A DNA stretch of 64,000 nucleotides from Bacillota bacterium. Lineage in GTDB: Bacteria; Bacillota_I; Bacilli_A; RF39; UBA660. The translations under genes were made by a program, and so were the position numbers. The stretch covers positions 4,757-68,756 of the forward strand of contig SVAK01000005.1 of the NCBI GenBank assembly GCA_015059445.1. The letters are read 5' to 3'. How positions within the stretch are numbered: the stretch's first letter is position 1; the number at the start of each line of letters is the position of its first letter. Below, in pieces: positions 47,704-57,407 of the stretch. The notes beneath the pieces were generated by a model that saw nothing but the letters and a program-made list of their open reading frames with translations, had not been told where the DNA came from and made no database searches.

Positions 47704-49011
47704 TTAACTCACTTTATGTCCAGTCGCAAAATAACTACTTCCTTTATTTGTGTAAAAAACATCGTTTGCTAAATCATACATTCCAACTTCACTATCAGAT
47801 TTTCTATAACATGGTACCAAGTCAATTTTTAGTGTATCATTTTCATAAAATTGAAGATAGAAGATTTTTGCACTTGAAAATGACCCTATAGTTCCATTTG
47901 TGTTCATCCCGAATACAATCATATTGTGTGGTGTTGTAAAATCAGTTCCATTCTTTTCATTTGTTGAAATTTCTTGATTATCAATATATAATGTTGCTTT
48001 GTTTTTAACTAATGTATGTATTTCTGAATCAATTGTTGTATCTGTTAGCTCTGATTGATAATATACATTAAAATACTTTCGGGATGAAGAGAATCCTCCC
48101 CAGTTAAAACTGTAAAAATTTGTAGTAATGAAAGCCCCAGAACCAAACAAACCGCTACCCTTAGTAGTATCAATTATTTGATATTTTGCTCTTGTTATAG
48201 TATCTTGATTAGCTTTAAAATCAAGTTCTAAATATTGCGTTCCATTACTTTCAATATATTCCACTTCTTGATATTCATCAGGTAATCTGTGTTCTATTTG
48301 AGCGCTACTATTCACCAGTAGGCTAATAGCCGCCGCAAATTGTTGGCCCTCAGTAGTATTATCGAATGTTTCATCATGTTCTGCCCCATTGTAAGCTTCG
48401 GCATCACCTTCATAGTAATCTACCCATAAATATACTTTATAGATAATAGTAGTTTTATTGCTTATACTCGAGCTATCAATCACATACGAAGTTCTAGTTG
48501 CATAATCTCTTATAGCTTCCCTAGCATCTAAATCATTATTTAAACTGGTATATGCAGCACCAATTTCTAAAGGAGTTAAATTGCTCAGATAATCTTCGGA
48601 CACAAACGTTGATTCAGATTCAATTGTTCTAGTAACGCTTGTTCTAATTTTATTATCAGATATATATCCAGTATTATTAGATAATGAAGTTATTGCTAAG
48701 GTATAATCAACATCCGCTATATTTTCTGCACAATTATTAGTTACTTTAATAGTAACTGGTGTAACATTAGCTAATGCAAACTCATCAGTAATGGGATAAT
48801 TATAATCTAAATTTATAATAGTATTTTCTTCACTGTAAGAAATATCAAAGCAATCAACTGATGCTGCTAAATTAGTAGGGGTGCTCGAATTAGACGTTTG
48901 GGCCTTAAAATAAGCAAATGTAATAGTAACGCCCGCTAATATTAATATAATAACAAAAAGAATAGCATATACAATATATGCATTTATCTTTGTTTCTTCG
49001 TTGTTGTTCAT
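47704..49011 (-). CDS. N-terminally anchored surface protein, Thr/Ser/Asn-rich
   Basis: 435 aa; TM AYIVYAILFVIILILAGVTITFAY. Confidence 0.5.
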   Translation of the reverse strand: MNNNEETKINAYIVYAILFVIILILAGVTITFAYFKAQTSNSSTPTNLAASVDCFDISYSEENTIINLDYNYPITDEFALANVTPVTIKVTNNCAENIADVDYTLAITSLSNNTGYISDNKIRTSVTRTIESESTFVSEDYLSNLTPLEIGAAYTSLNNDLDAREAIRDYATRTSYVIDSSSISNKTTIIYKVYLWVDYYEGDAEAYNGAEHDETFDNTTEGQQFAAAISLLVNSSAQIEHRLPDEYQEVEYIESNGTQYLELDFKANQDTITRAKYQIIDTTKGSGLFGSGAFITTNFYSFNWGGFSSSRKYFNVYYQSELTDTTIDSEIHTLVKNKATLYIDNQEISTNEKNGTDFTTPHNMIVFGMNTNGTIGSFSSAKIFYLQFYENDTLKIDLVPCYRKSDSEVGMYDLANDVFYTNKGSSYFATGHKVS

Positions 49012-49099
49012 AATATCACCCTATACCATATTCTAAAAATATTATAATATATTTGTTTTAATTTAGCAACAACGAAAAAGAATAGCAAAATTATATTTG

Positions 49100-50374
49100 C
49101 TATTCCTTAAATTCAAATATATATTCAAGAATTTGAACCTCATCTCCACGTTTTGCTCCTAGTCTTTCAAGTTCTGCTTCTACTCCCATCCCCCGAAGTT
49201 TTCTCGCAAAACGAAGTACTGCTTCATCTTCATTGAATCTGGTCATGTTAAATAATTTTTCTATTTCTTCGCCTTTAATAACCCATACGTCTCCGTCTTT
49301 TTCAATCGTATAAGGTTTTTCTTCTTTAAATTTGAAAACCATATGGCTTTCAAATTCATTTTCATTATAAAGGTGTTCTGAATTGACTTCATCTAATTTA
49401 TCAGCCACAAACTCTAGCAACTCATTTATTCCTGTATTGTTCATAGCGCTTATTGAAAATACTAACTTATCTGGATAAACTTTTTTAAATTCCTCCAAAT
49501 TTTCATCAAATCCTTCAATATCCATTTTATTTGCTACGATTATTTCAATTTTATTACTTAATTTATCACTATATTTATCTAATTCGTTACGAATTACTTG
49601 ATAATCCTCAACAGGATTTCTACCTTCTATACCGCTCATATCGATTATATGACATAAAATTCTAGTGCGCATTGCATGGCGTAAAAATTTATCTCCAAGC
49701 CCTACGCCTTCGCTAGCACCCTCAATTAAACCTGGTAAATCTGCCATCACAAATGTACGATGATCTTGTAACTTTACTACACCTAAATTTGGTGAAAGTG
49801 TTGTAAAATGATATGCAGCGATTTTAGGCTTTGAAGCACTTATTTGTGAAAGCAATGTGCTCTTGCCCACTGATGGGAGACCAACTAATCCAACATCTGC
49901 AAGCATTTTCAACTCACACTTAATTAATCGAATTTCTCCAGGCTCACCCTTTTCACTAAATTTGGGAGCTGGATTATCATGAGTAGCAAATGATTTATTC
50001 CCTTTACCTCCACGACCACCTTTAGCAATGATTACGCTTTGCTCTTCTCTTACTAAATCAGCTATGACTAATCCTGTATCTAAATCTGTAATAGTGGTTC
50101 CTAAAGGTACTTTAATAATTACATTTTCAGCATTTGAGCCATATTTATTTGAGCCTTTACCATTAACACCCTTATTACCTTTAATTATTTTCATATAACG
50201 TAAATCAATTAATGTTTTTAGACCTTTGTCAACTGTAAATATTATGTCTGCACCATGTCCTCCATTTCCGCCATCTGGTCCTCCCATTGGCACACATTTT
50301 TCGCGACGAAAAGAAGTACATCCGTCACCCCCAGTACCTGCTACAACTTTTAATATAATTTCATCTACAAACAT
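49100..50374 (-). CDS. obg: GTPase Obg
   Basis: MFVDEIILKVVAGTGGDGCTSFRREK, Gly-rich Obg fold, G1-G4, C-terminal OCT domain. Confidence 0.9.
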   Translation of the reverse strand: MFVDEIILKVVAGTGGDGCTSFRREKCVPMGGPDGGNGGHGADIIFTVDKGLKTLIDLRYMKIIKGNKGVNGKGSNKYGSNAENVIIKVPLGTTITDLDTGLVIADLVREEQSVIIAKGGRGGKGNKSFATHDNPAPKFSEKGEPGEIRLIKCELKMLADVGLVGLPSVGKSTLLSQISASKPKIAAYHFTTLSPNLGVVKLQDHRTFVMADLPGLIEGASEGVGLGDKFLRHAMRTRILCHIIDMSGIEGRNPVEDYQVIRNELDKYSDKLSNKIEIIVANKMDIEGFDENLEEFKKVYPDKLVFSISAMNNTGINELLEFVADKLDEVNSEHLYNENEFESHMVFKFKEEKPYTIEKDGDVWVIKGEEIEKLFNMTRFNEDEAVLRFARKLRGMGVEAELERLGAKRGDEVQILEYIFEFKE

Positions 50375-50462
50375 AATAAATCACCATCCACATTATATCA
50401 CAAAATCTTCAAAATGGTTATTTAGTATATAATTTTAAATGAATTTATGCTATTATTATACT

Positions 50463-50984
50463 ATGAAGAAGATAATAATTATAATATGCACATTTTTTTT
50501 GATAGTAATCATTGCTATGGCTGGAATATACATTTTTAAAGATAATTATATTTCTTGTGAAGAAGCTAAGAAAATAGCCATGGATTATGTTTCCAATAAA
50601 AACAATGAATATACATTTAATAGTATAGAATTTACGGAGAATAATAATACTTATGTATATACGTTAACTTTTACTGATAACATTAATTTTTATACTTATA
50701 AAATAAATGCTAAAAATAAAAGTATAATCTCTTCCAAGAAGGAATCATTAACAAATAATAAATCTTACATGAATGAAGAAGATATTCTAAATATAGTATT
50801 TGAGTATGCAAAATTAAACAAAAATCACTGTAACCTAATATCTAATATAGTAATACTCGAAGATGGTATTCCATTTTATAATACTGTGTTCTTCTATAAT
50901 AATATAAGATATGAATATAAAATTAATGCTTTTACCGGCTCAATTATTTCCGTCATCAAACTTAATGAAAATGCAACAGAATAA
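50463..50984 (+). CDS. membrane-anchored protein with two PepSY-like modules
   Basis: TM then repeated EYTFNSIEFTE / YEYKINAFTGSII pattern. Confidence 0.4.
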   Translation: MKKIIIIICTFFLIVIIAMAGIYIFKDNYISCEEAKKIAMDYVSNKNNEYTFNSIEFTENNNTYVYTLTFTDNINFYTYKINAKNKSIISSKKESLTNNKSYMNEEDILNIVFEYAKLNKNHCNLISNIVILEDGIPFYNTVFFYNNIRYEYKINAFTGSIISVIKLNENATE

Positions 50985-51035
50985 CTTGCATTTTTTTTAT
51001 ACCTAGGTTATAATTTTTATTGTCAATTGATTAAT

Positions 51036-51111
51036 GTCTCCTTAGCTCAGTTGGTAGAGCAACTGACTCTTAATCAGTGGGTCTAGGGTTCGAATCCCTA
51101 AGGGGACACCA
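51036..51111 (+). tRNA. tRNA-Lys (anticodon CTT)
   Basis: cloverleaf: acceptor GTCTCCT/AGGGGAC, anticodon stem ACTGA/TCAGT, loop CTCTTAA, T-loop TTCGAAT, CCA encoded. Confidence 0.85.
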
Positions 51112-51121
51112 TTTATGAAAA

Positions 51122-51153
51122 CAAAAATCTAGAAATAAAACTCTAGATTTTTT
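51122..51153. terminator. bidirectional terminator
   Basis: AATCTAGA-AATAAAAC-TCTAGATT flanked by A/T tracts. Confidence 0.5.
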
Positions 51154-51155
51154 AT

Positions 51156-51779
51156 TTATCTATATTCTGAAAAGTCAACTACTTCACTTTCATCTGGTTC
51201 TTCTTCAAATTCTATCTTCTGTAATTTAGAAGATGACTTACCAGCTCCATCTGTTATAGTATATAAAATCCAATATTGATCTATATATTGCGATTTTTTT
51301 ACTTCGTGATAAATTATGTGAGTAATTTCATAATCATTTGTGTCTTCAATGATTTCTAAATGTTTATAATTTATATCATCGATACCTACTACTTTGTATA
51401 CTTCTTCATGATATTTAATTATTGGTGTGGCTATGTCATTTGGATTATTGATATCATTTACCCAATGAATTTTTCTACCAGACGCAATCCAGCCTTCTGT
51501 ATCTTTAAATTCTATCTTATACCAATAATATGCACTACTTTCCATATTAATTTCTAATACTTTATAAATTTCGCCTTTATATACTTTACCTAACTCTTTA
51601 CCATTTGTACTAGCAATGCTTCGAACATTAATCGGATCATCATGTATAATTTCAACATACCACCCTTTTTTTATTTCTTCGATTCTTTCCTTTTCTTTCA
51701 AATCTTTTATATAAAAATAACCAAAAACACCACCAGCGCCCAAACAAACAAATAATAAAAATATAAATAATTTCTTCAT
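51156..51779 (-). CDS. hypothetical membrane-anchored protein
   Basis: 207 aa; N-terminal TM MKKLFIFLLFVCLGAGGVFGYFYI. Confidence 0.45.
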   Translation of the reverse strand: MKKLFIFLLFVCLGAGGVFGYFYIKDLKEKERIEEIKKGWYVEIIHDDPINVRSIASTNGKELGKVYKGEIYKVLEINMESSAYYWYKIEFKDTEGWIASGRKIHWVNDINNPNDIATPIIKYHEEVYKVVGIDDINYKHLEIIEDTNDYEITHIIYHEVKKSQYIDQYWILYTITDGAGKSSSKLQKIEFEEEPDESEVVDFSEYR

Positions 51780-51894
51780 TATTTACCACCTTTCAAAGAA
51801 ATTATATCATAAAAATAAAATTTTTTCTAAAATATTAAAAAATCGCTTGCTTTTTTTTAATATTTATTATACAATTTACTAGACGTGACATAAT

Positions 51895-51971
<77 letters not shown>

Positions 51972-51982
51972 TTATATGTTAT

Positions 51983-52059
51983 GGCCCGTTGGTGAAGCGG
52001 TTTAACACACATGCCTTTCACGCATGCATACATGGGTTCAAATCCCGTACGGGTCACCA
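51983..52059 (+). tRNA. tRNA-Glu (anticodon TTC)
   Basis: GGCCCGTTGGTGAAGCGGTT...loop CTTTCAC...TTCAAAT...ACGGGTCACCA; near-identical to Bacillus tRNA-Glu. Confidence 0.9.
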
Positions 52060-52069
52060 ATTAGCAATT

Positions 52070-52096
52070 AACGAACTTAAAGGTTCGTTTTTTTAT
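52070..52096 (+). terminator. terminator after tRNA-Ile/Glu pair
   Basis: AACGAAC-TTAAAG-GTTCGTT then T7. Confidence 0.6.
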
Positions 52097-52456
52097 TGTT
52101 AGAAATATGTACAAATATAACAACTATTTATTTTTTTAGAAACTGTGTTAAGATAACCAAGCAAAAGGTGATTTGATGAAAATTTGGAAGAATTTAAAAA
52201 AGTTGAACTCCAAACTCAAAAAATACAGCTTTTAGAAGGCAAAAATAGTTTTTTACAAAAACTTAAAATAATCGGTCCTGCAATGTTTGACCCAGAATAT
52301 TATGCGCAAGATAAAGACATGCCAATTAGAACGTTAGCAAAAGAATTATTAGATAATGAAAATAAACTTAATAAATAATAAGTTTATTTTTTTATACCAT
52401 TTTCAACGGAAGTTTAGTAATCATTAATAAAAAAACACACACTGTAATAAAGTGTG

Positions 52457-53329
52457 CTATAATGCATAAAAGTAAATAGCAAAAAAGAAAAAGATACTTG
52501 CTAATAAACAAAATATATGGAAAATTGAGTGCATATATTTATGTTTTTTTCCAACGCCATATATAACTGCTCCCAAAGTATAAGTTATACCCCCTAGAAG
52601 CGTTATTAATATTCCGGTGTGATGCATACTATTCCATAAAGTTTTGAAGCTAAATATAATACACCATCCCATAAATAAGTATAATATCATTGAAATTACT
52701 TTAAACTTTTTTAAATCTATTGAGTTTAAAATAATACCAATAATAGCTAGGCACCAGACAATACCAAATATTGTCCACCCTAATTTAGGAGGTAATGTTA
52801 ATAATACCATTGGTGTATAGGTTCCTGCAATCAGTAAGAAAATTGAACAATGATCAAATATTCTAAATACTCTTTTAGCATTATTAGGTTTAAAAGAATG
52901 ATATAAGCACGACATTAAATATAGAATAATGGAAGTTATACTATAAAATAAAATCGAAAACAATTCAATCCATGAATCAGATTTCAATACGCATAATATA
53001 AGCGCCGTTATAGAAAGTAATACTCCAAACCCATGAGATATAGCATTAATTAATTCTTCACCCAATTTATATTTGGGAAGTTCTATTTTTTTATCAAGTT
53101 TACGATAATCTTTTTTATATTCTTTAATTAATGAATATAAATCACCTAAACTATTAATACAAATTTCATAATTCTCAGACTCGTCGTTAGTAAAGCCTTT
53201 TACTTCCTCACTTTTTTCTAATAAGTCACTCATAATTTCTTCTTTCAATTCTCTTATTTCTTTGGTGTTCTTTACCTTTTTGAATTTTTTGTTTAGAAAA
53301 TTTTCAAATTTATCTTTCATTAGTATCAC
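52457..53329 (-). CDS. hemolysin III / PAQR family membrane protein with approx 70-aa N-terminal extension
   Basis: EELINAISHGFG, CLYHSF, FDHCSIFLLIAGTYTP, 7 TM. Confidence 0.7.
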   Translation of the reverse strand: MILMKDKFENFLNKKFKKVKNTKEIRELKEEIMSDLLEKSEEVKGFTNDESENYEICINSLGDLYSLIKEYKKDYRKLDKKIELPKYKLGEELINAISHGFGVLLSITALILCVLKSDSWIELFSILFYSITSIILYLMSCLYHSFKPNNAKRVFRIFDHCSIFLLIAGTYTPMVLLTLPPKLGWTIFGIVWCLAIIGIILNSIDLKKFKVISMILYLFMGWCIIFSFKTLWNSMHHTGILITLLGGITYTLGAVIYGVGKKHKYMHSIFHIFCLLASIFFFFAIYFYAL

Positions 53330-53645
53330 CTAGTAATAGCTTATCCAAAATAATTCTATTATTTTGCCATTCTTTCTTTTTAGTATTTAGATATTCTTTT
53401 CCTTCTTCTGTAATTTTATAATATTTTCTTCGTGCACTATTATTATCATCACTCCAGTAAGAAGTAATTAATTTTTCTTTTTCCATTCTTTTAAAAGCCA
53501 AATAAATAGTTGCATCCTTAATATCCATTTTATTATTTGTTTTCATTATTATATGCCTTGATATCTTATAGCCATAAGAATCACTTTCCGACAAGACATT
53601 TAATATAATAGCGTCGGTAAACCCCCTTAAAATTTCGGCATTCAT
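53310..53645 (-). CDS. PadR family transcriptional regulator
   Basis: LRGFTDAIILNVL..YGYKI...ATIYLAFKRMEKEKLI. Confidence 0.75.
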   Translation of the reverse strand: MNAEILRGFTDAIILNVLSESDSYGYKISRHIIMKTNNKMDIKDATIYLAFKRMEKEKLITSYWSDDNNSARRKYYKITEEGKEYLNTKKKEWQNNRIILDKLLLGDTNER

Positions 53646-53783
53646 ATTATTCTCCTTTATATATATAATGACATTACATATATATTATCATATGTCTAAA
53701 ATAATTACAATATTCACTTATATTTATACTATTAAATTTTGAAATTCCATTATCATTGCCTTTGTTTTTTCCGTTGAGCATTT

Positions 53784-53817
53784 AAAAACAAGCATATTTT
53801 AAACCATGCTTGTTTTT
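53784..53817. terminator. hairpin terminator downstream of valS
   Basis: AAACAAGCAT-loop-ATGCTTGTTT with T7 on plus side. Confidence 0.45.
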
Positions 53818-53820
53818 TTA

Positions 53821-56247
53821 TCATTTATTTTCTACTTCTTCTAAATTTAATTCGATATTATTAACTTTGTAATCTTTATCTACTGATTTAATATTTAAAT
53901 TTTCAATAAATAAAGTGGCTTTAAAATCTTTAATTGAAGCATTAATTGCATCTTCCAATTCTTTATTTAAACTTAAATCTAAATTTTTAATTGGAGTTTT
54001 TAATGAAACATTATTATTCGTTTTTTCTCCTCTTGCTTGACTTATTATGTCCATAATTAAATTTCCATTTTTAATTTCAGATTCAAAACTAAATTCAAAA
54101 GGCTTAATTTCCGTAATATGAACAGATTTTTGATTTTTAAATAATTCTTGGTATATTTCTTCTGTAATGAATGGGAAGAAAATACTGAAATCTTGTAATA
54201 ATTTATAAAGCATTATATAAATTGTTTTTTGACCAGAATATCTAGGAATATCACCAAACTCTTCAGGTCTATATAATCTATGTTTAACGATTTCAATATA
54301 GTTATCACAGAAATTCCAGAAGAATTTTTCCAGAGTGTTTAAAGCTAATCCAACTTCATATTCATCTAAATATTTAATAAATCCTATTTCCATTTCTTGG
54401 AAACTTCCTAAAATCCATTTATCAATATATTCATAATCATTAAATTCTTTATCTTCGTAATCTGCTAAGTGCATTTCAATAAATTTAGAAACATTCCAAA
54501 TTTTATTAATTAATTTTTTACCTCGGAGTAGTGTTTCTTCACTAAATACTATATCAGTACCTAGCCTTCCCGAACCTGCCCAATAACGAATTACATCAGC
54601 TGAATATTGTGCAATTAAGTCAATCGGTTCAACTTTACTATTACCTTTACTCTTACTAATTTTTTCTCCTTTATTAGCCATAACAAATCCTGAAATCATT
54701 ACATTGTCCCAAGGCCTTTGGCCAAAGTGATAGAATGATTTTACGATTGTATAGAAATCCCAAGTTCTAATAATTTCTGAAGCATTTGTTCTTAAACTCA
54801 TTGGTTTTAAAATATCTTCATAATTTTTTTCTTCACCATATCTCATATTGATAAGTGGTGTCACAGATGAAGTTGCCCAAGTATCCATAACATCAGTTTC
54901 TGGACTAAACTCTGCACATCCACATTTTGGACATTTATCAGTATGTGGACTATCAACTAATGGATTAACTGGTAAATCTTCTTTTCTTGCAAAAATTGGT
55001 TCACCACAGTCTTTACAATACCACACTGGGAACGGAACACCAAAATATCTTTGACGAGAAATACACCAGTCCCAGGCAACATTATTAACCCATTCATCAT
55101 ATCTATTATGCATGTGTTCTGGATGCCATTTAATTTCATTTCCGATTTTAATGAAATCTTTTTTATGATTCATAATATCTATAAACCATTGATTCATTAC
55201 TGAATATTCTACTTCTTTTCCGCATCTTTCATGTGTTTGAACTTCGTGTTCTAATTCTTCTATTTTTACAATATATCCGCCATTTTGCAAATCTTCTACT
55301 ATTTGTTTTCTTGCTTCTTTAATTTTTAATCCACCATAGTTAGGTACTGAGTCCGATATTCTTCCATCTTCAGTAAATATGTATTTTAATGGTAAATTAT
55401 ATTTTTTCCACCATTCTATATCTGTTTGATCTCCAAAAGTGCAGCACATAACAATGCCTGTTCCTTTGTCAATCGCAACTTTTTCATCGCCCATAATTGG
55501 CACTTCTACATTTACTACTGGAATACTTGCAGTTTTACCAATTAGGTGTTTATGTTTTTCATCTTCCGGATTAACAAATACACATACAATTGCTGGCAAT
55601 AATTCTGGCCTTGTAGTTGCTATTGTGAACTCTTCCTCATCTTCAACTGTTTTAAAATTAACATAATTAAATGTTGTTTTAATAGTTTTTGTTTCTAATT
55701 CAGCTTGAGCAATTGAAGTTAAACATTCGTTACACCATAATGCTGGACTTTCTTTATGATAACAATGTCCTTTATTAATTAAATCTAAAAAAGATAATTG
55801 ACTTACTTTTATTGTTGAGGAACTAACTGTTTTATAATGAATATTCCAATCTGTACTAACTCCCATTTTACTAAATAATTCTTGGAAGTCTGCTTCATAT
55901 TTATCAGTTGTATCATAACATAATTTTGAGAATTCTTCTCTTCCAATTTCAGCAGCTTTTTTACCTTGTTCTTTTTCAACTAATCTTTCGCTAGGTAATC
56001 CATTATCATCAAATCCAAATGGATAGAAAATATTATATCCTCTCAATCTTTTGTATCTAGCAATCATTTCAGTTTGTGAATATGAGAATATATGTCCAAT
56101 ATGAATATTACCACTTACTGTTGGAGGTGGAGTATCAATAGAATAAACTTCTCTATTATCTGGTTTAAATTCATATACATTGTTGTCTTTCCAATAATTT
56201 AACCATTTTGTTTCTTTTTCTTGCGCATTATATTTTTTATCTAACAT
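53821..56247 (-). CDS. valS: class I aminoacyl-tRNA synthetase, most likely valyl-tRNA synthetase of archaeal/eukaryal-like type
   Basis: 808 aa; HIGH region IDTPPPTVSGNIHIGH, ARYKRLRGYNIFYPFGFDDNGLPSE, KMSKS-like KISKSKGN; T-box leader upstream. Confidence 0.65.
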   Translation of the reverse strand: MLDKKYNAQEKETKWLNYWKDNNVYEFKPDNREVYSIDTPPPTVSGNIHIGHIFSYSQTEMIARYKRLRGYNIFYPFGFDDNGLPSERLVEKEQGKKAAEIGREEFSKLCYDTTDKYEADFQELFSKMGVSTDWNIHYKTVSSSTIKVSQLSFLDLINKGHCYHKESPALWCNECLTSIAQAELETKTIKTTFNYVNFKTVEDEEEFTIATTRPELLPAIVCVFVNPEDEKHKHLIGKTASIPVVNVEVPIMGDEKVAIDKGTGIVMCCTFGDQTDIEWWKKYNLPLKYIFTEDGRISDSVPNYGGLKIKEARKQIVEDLQNGGYIVKIEELEHEVQTHERCGKEVEYSVMNQWFIDIMNHKKDFIKIGNEIKWHPEHMHNRYDEWVNNVAWDWCISRQRYFGVPFPVWYCKDCGEPIFARKEDLPVNPLVDSPHTDKCPKCGCAEFSPETDVMDTWATSSVTPLINMRYGEEKNYEDILKPMSLRTNASEIIRTWDFYTIVKSFYHFGQRPWDNVMISGFVMANKGEKISKSKGNSKVEPIDLIAQYSADVIRYWAGSGRLGTDIVFSEETLLRGKKLINKIWNVSKFIEMHLADYEDKEFNDYEYIDKWILGSFQEMEIGFIKYLDEYEVGLALNTLEKFFWNFCDNYIEIVKHRLYRPEEFGDIPRYSGQKTIYIMLYKLLQDFSIFFPFITEEIYQELFKNQKSVHITEIKPFEFSFESEIKNGNLIMDIISQARGEKTNNNVSLKTPIKNLDLSLNKELEDAINASIKDFKATLFIENLNIKSVDKDYKVNNIELNLEEVENK

Positions 56248-56261
56248 CTTTATCTCCTTCT

Positions 56262-56470
56262 TTTACCAAATAAAAAAGATAATACCAAAGGGCGAGTTTC
56301 CCCGCGGTACCACCTTTATTGTTTCTTTAAATTATAACGCATTTCTGCTTTCATACTCCATTGCAACAAATATATTATTTCTTTGTTAGTTTGCACCTTC
56401 CACTAACTCTCTTTAAAATACTTTAATATATTCCTCAACTTCTTAATATGAATTTTCTATATTTTAACAA
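56262..56470 (-). promoter_or_regulatory. T-box riboswitch leader of valS
   Basis: rc of 56302-56314 = GGTGGTACCGCGG (T-box consensus) about 60 nt upstream of start codon. Confidence 0.5.
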
Positions 56471-56475
56471 AAATT

Positions 56476-57405
56476 TTAACTAAGTTCAATACTTTCTATT
56501 ATTTCATTATTTGATTTAATATTTATCTTATTATCTTCTTTTTCTAAACTAATTTTGCCTGGAATATTTGAAAGAGGAATACTTTTTAAATAATTTTTAC
56601 CTAAATCATCATAAATCAGTAAGAAAAGATCTGTAACTATTCCAATATATTTATCTTCTAGAATATAATCTTGTATATTATAATTTGTTAAATATTCATA
56701 ATTTTCGTAACTATATATTCTCACTCTATCAGTGTTTTTGCTAAACACATAGTTATTATTATATTCTACTATTGGGTCATCTATTTCACCTGTAAGCGCA
56801 TTGTTAGTATTATCTACAAGATACCATTTACTATCTTTGAAAACAATAAATTTATCTATGTTCAATATACCGTCAACACTCAAATTATTTCTGCTAATTC
56901 CAATAAAATCATATTCAAAGGACAAAACAGAACTTAAAGTGTTTCCGATGCTAAGAACCCCCCACAAGCCTTCATTATTTTGAATAATATATGCATTATT
57001 CTCTAATGTTGTATTGTAATTTTTTATTGTTTTGTAAGATTGTAAAGTTGTACCATTATTTACATCATATAAGTAGATTAAAGCACCATCAGTTATAAAA
57101 GTATATTTATTATCTACGATTGAAACTTTCTTCAAATTTCCATCTTTGTAATAGTTAATGCCATAAGCACCATCATCAATTGTCGGAGCACTAAGTTCAC
57201 ATATTTCGGTTTGACATTCGTACTTGCTTAAAAACTCATCTTTTTCATCATAAAACCATAAATGACCTTTATATACCAAATTATGACCTGGATTCTCTTC
57301 TAATAGATTTTTATCATCTTTAAAAATAAATCCAATAATGGTTAAAGGGAGAAAAATACATAATAGTACAATAATTGTAATAAAAACAGGCTTTTTATTT
57401 TTCAT
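56476..57405 (-). CDS. N-terminally anchored hypothetical protein (Tyr/Asn-rich, beta-rich)
   Basis: 309 aa, TM PVFITIIVLLCIFLPLTIIGFIF. Confidence 0.45.
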   Translation of the reverse strand: MKNKKPVFITIIVLLCIFLPLTIIGFIFKDDKNLLEENPGHNLVYKGHLWFYDEKDEFLSKYECQTEICELSAPTIDDGAYGINYYKDGNLKKVSIVDNKYTFITDGALIYLYDVNNGTTLQSYKTIKNYNTTLENNAYIIQNNEGLWGVLSIGNTLSSVLSFEYDFIGISRNNLSVDGILNIDKFIVFKDSKWYLVDNTNNALTGEIDDPIVEYNNNYVFSKNTDRVRIYSYENYEYLTNYNIQDYILEDKYIGIVTDLFLLIYDDLGKNYLKSIPLSNIPGKISLEKEDNKINIKSNNEIIESIELS

Positions 57406-57407
57406 GA

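Noticed and set aside
52184-52378. 64-aa TTG-initiated ORF after the tRNA cluster
   Set aside because: Non-ATG start, no RBS, and it lies in a promoter/terminator-rich spacer. An alternative short ATG frame terminates quickly.
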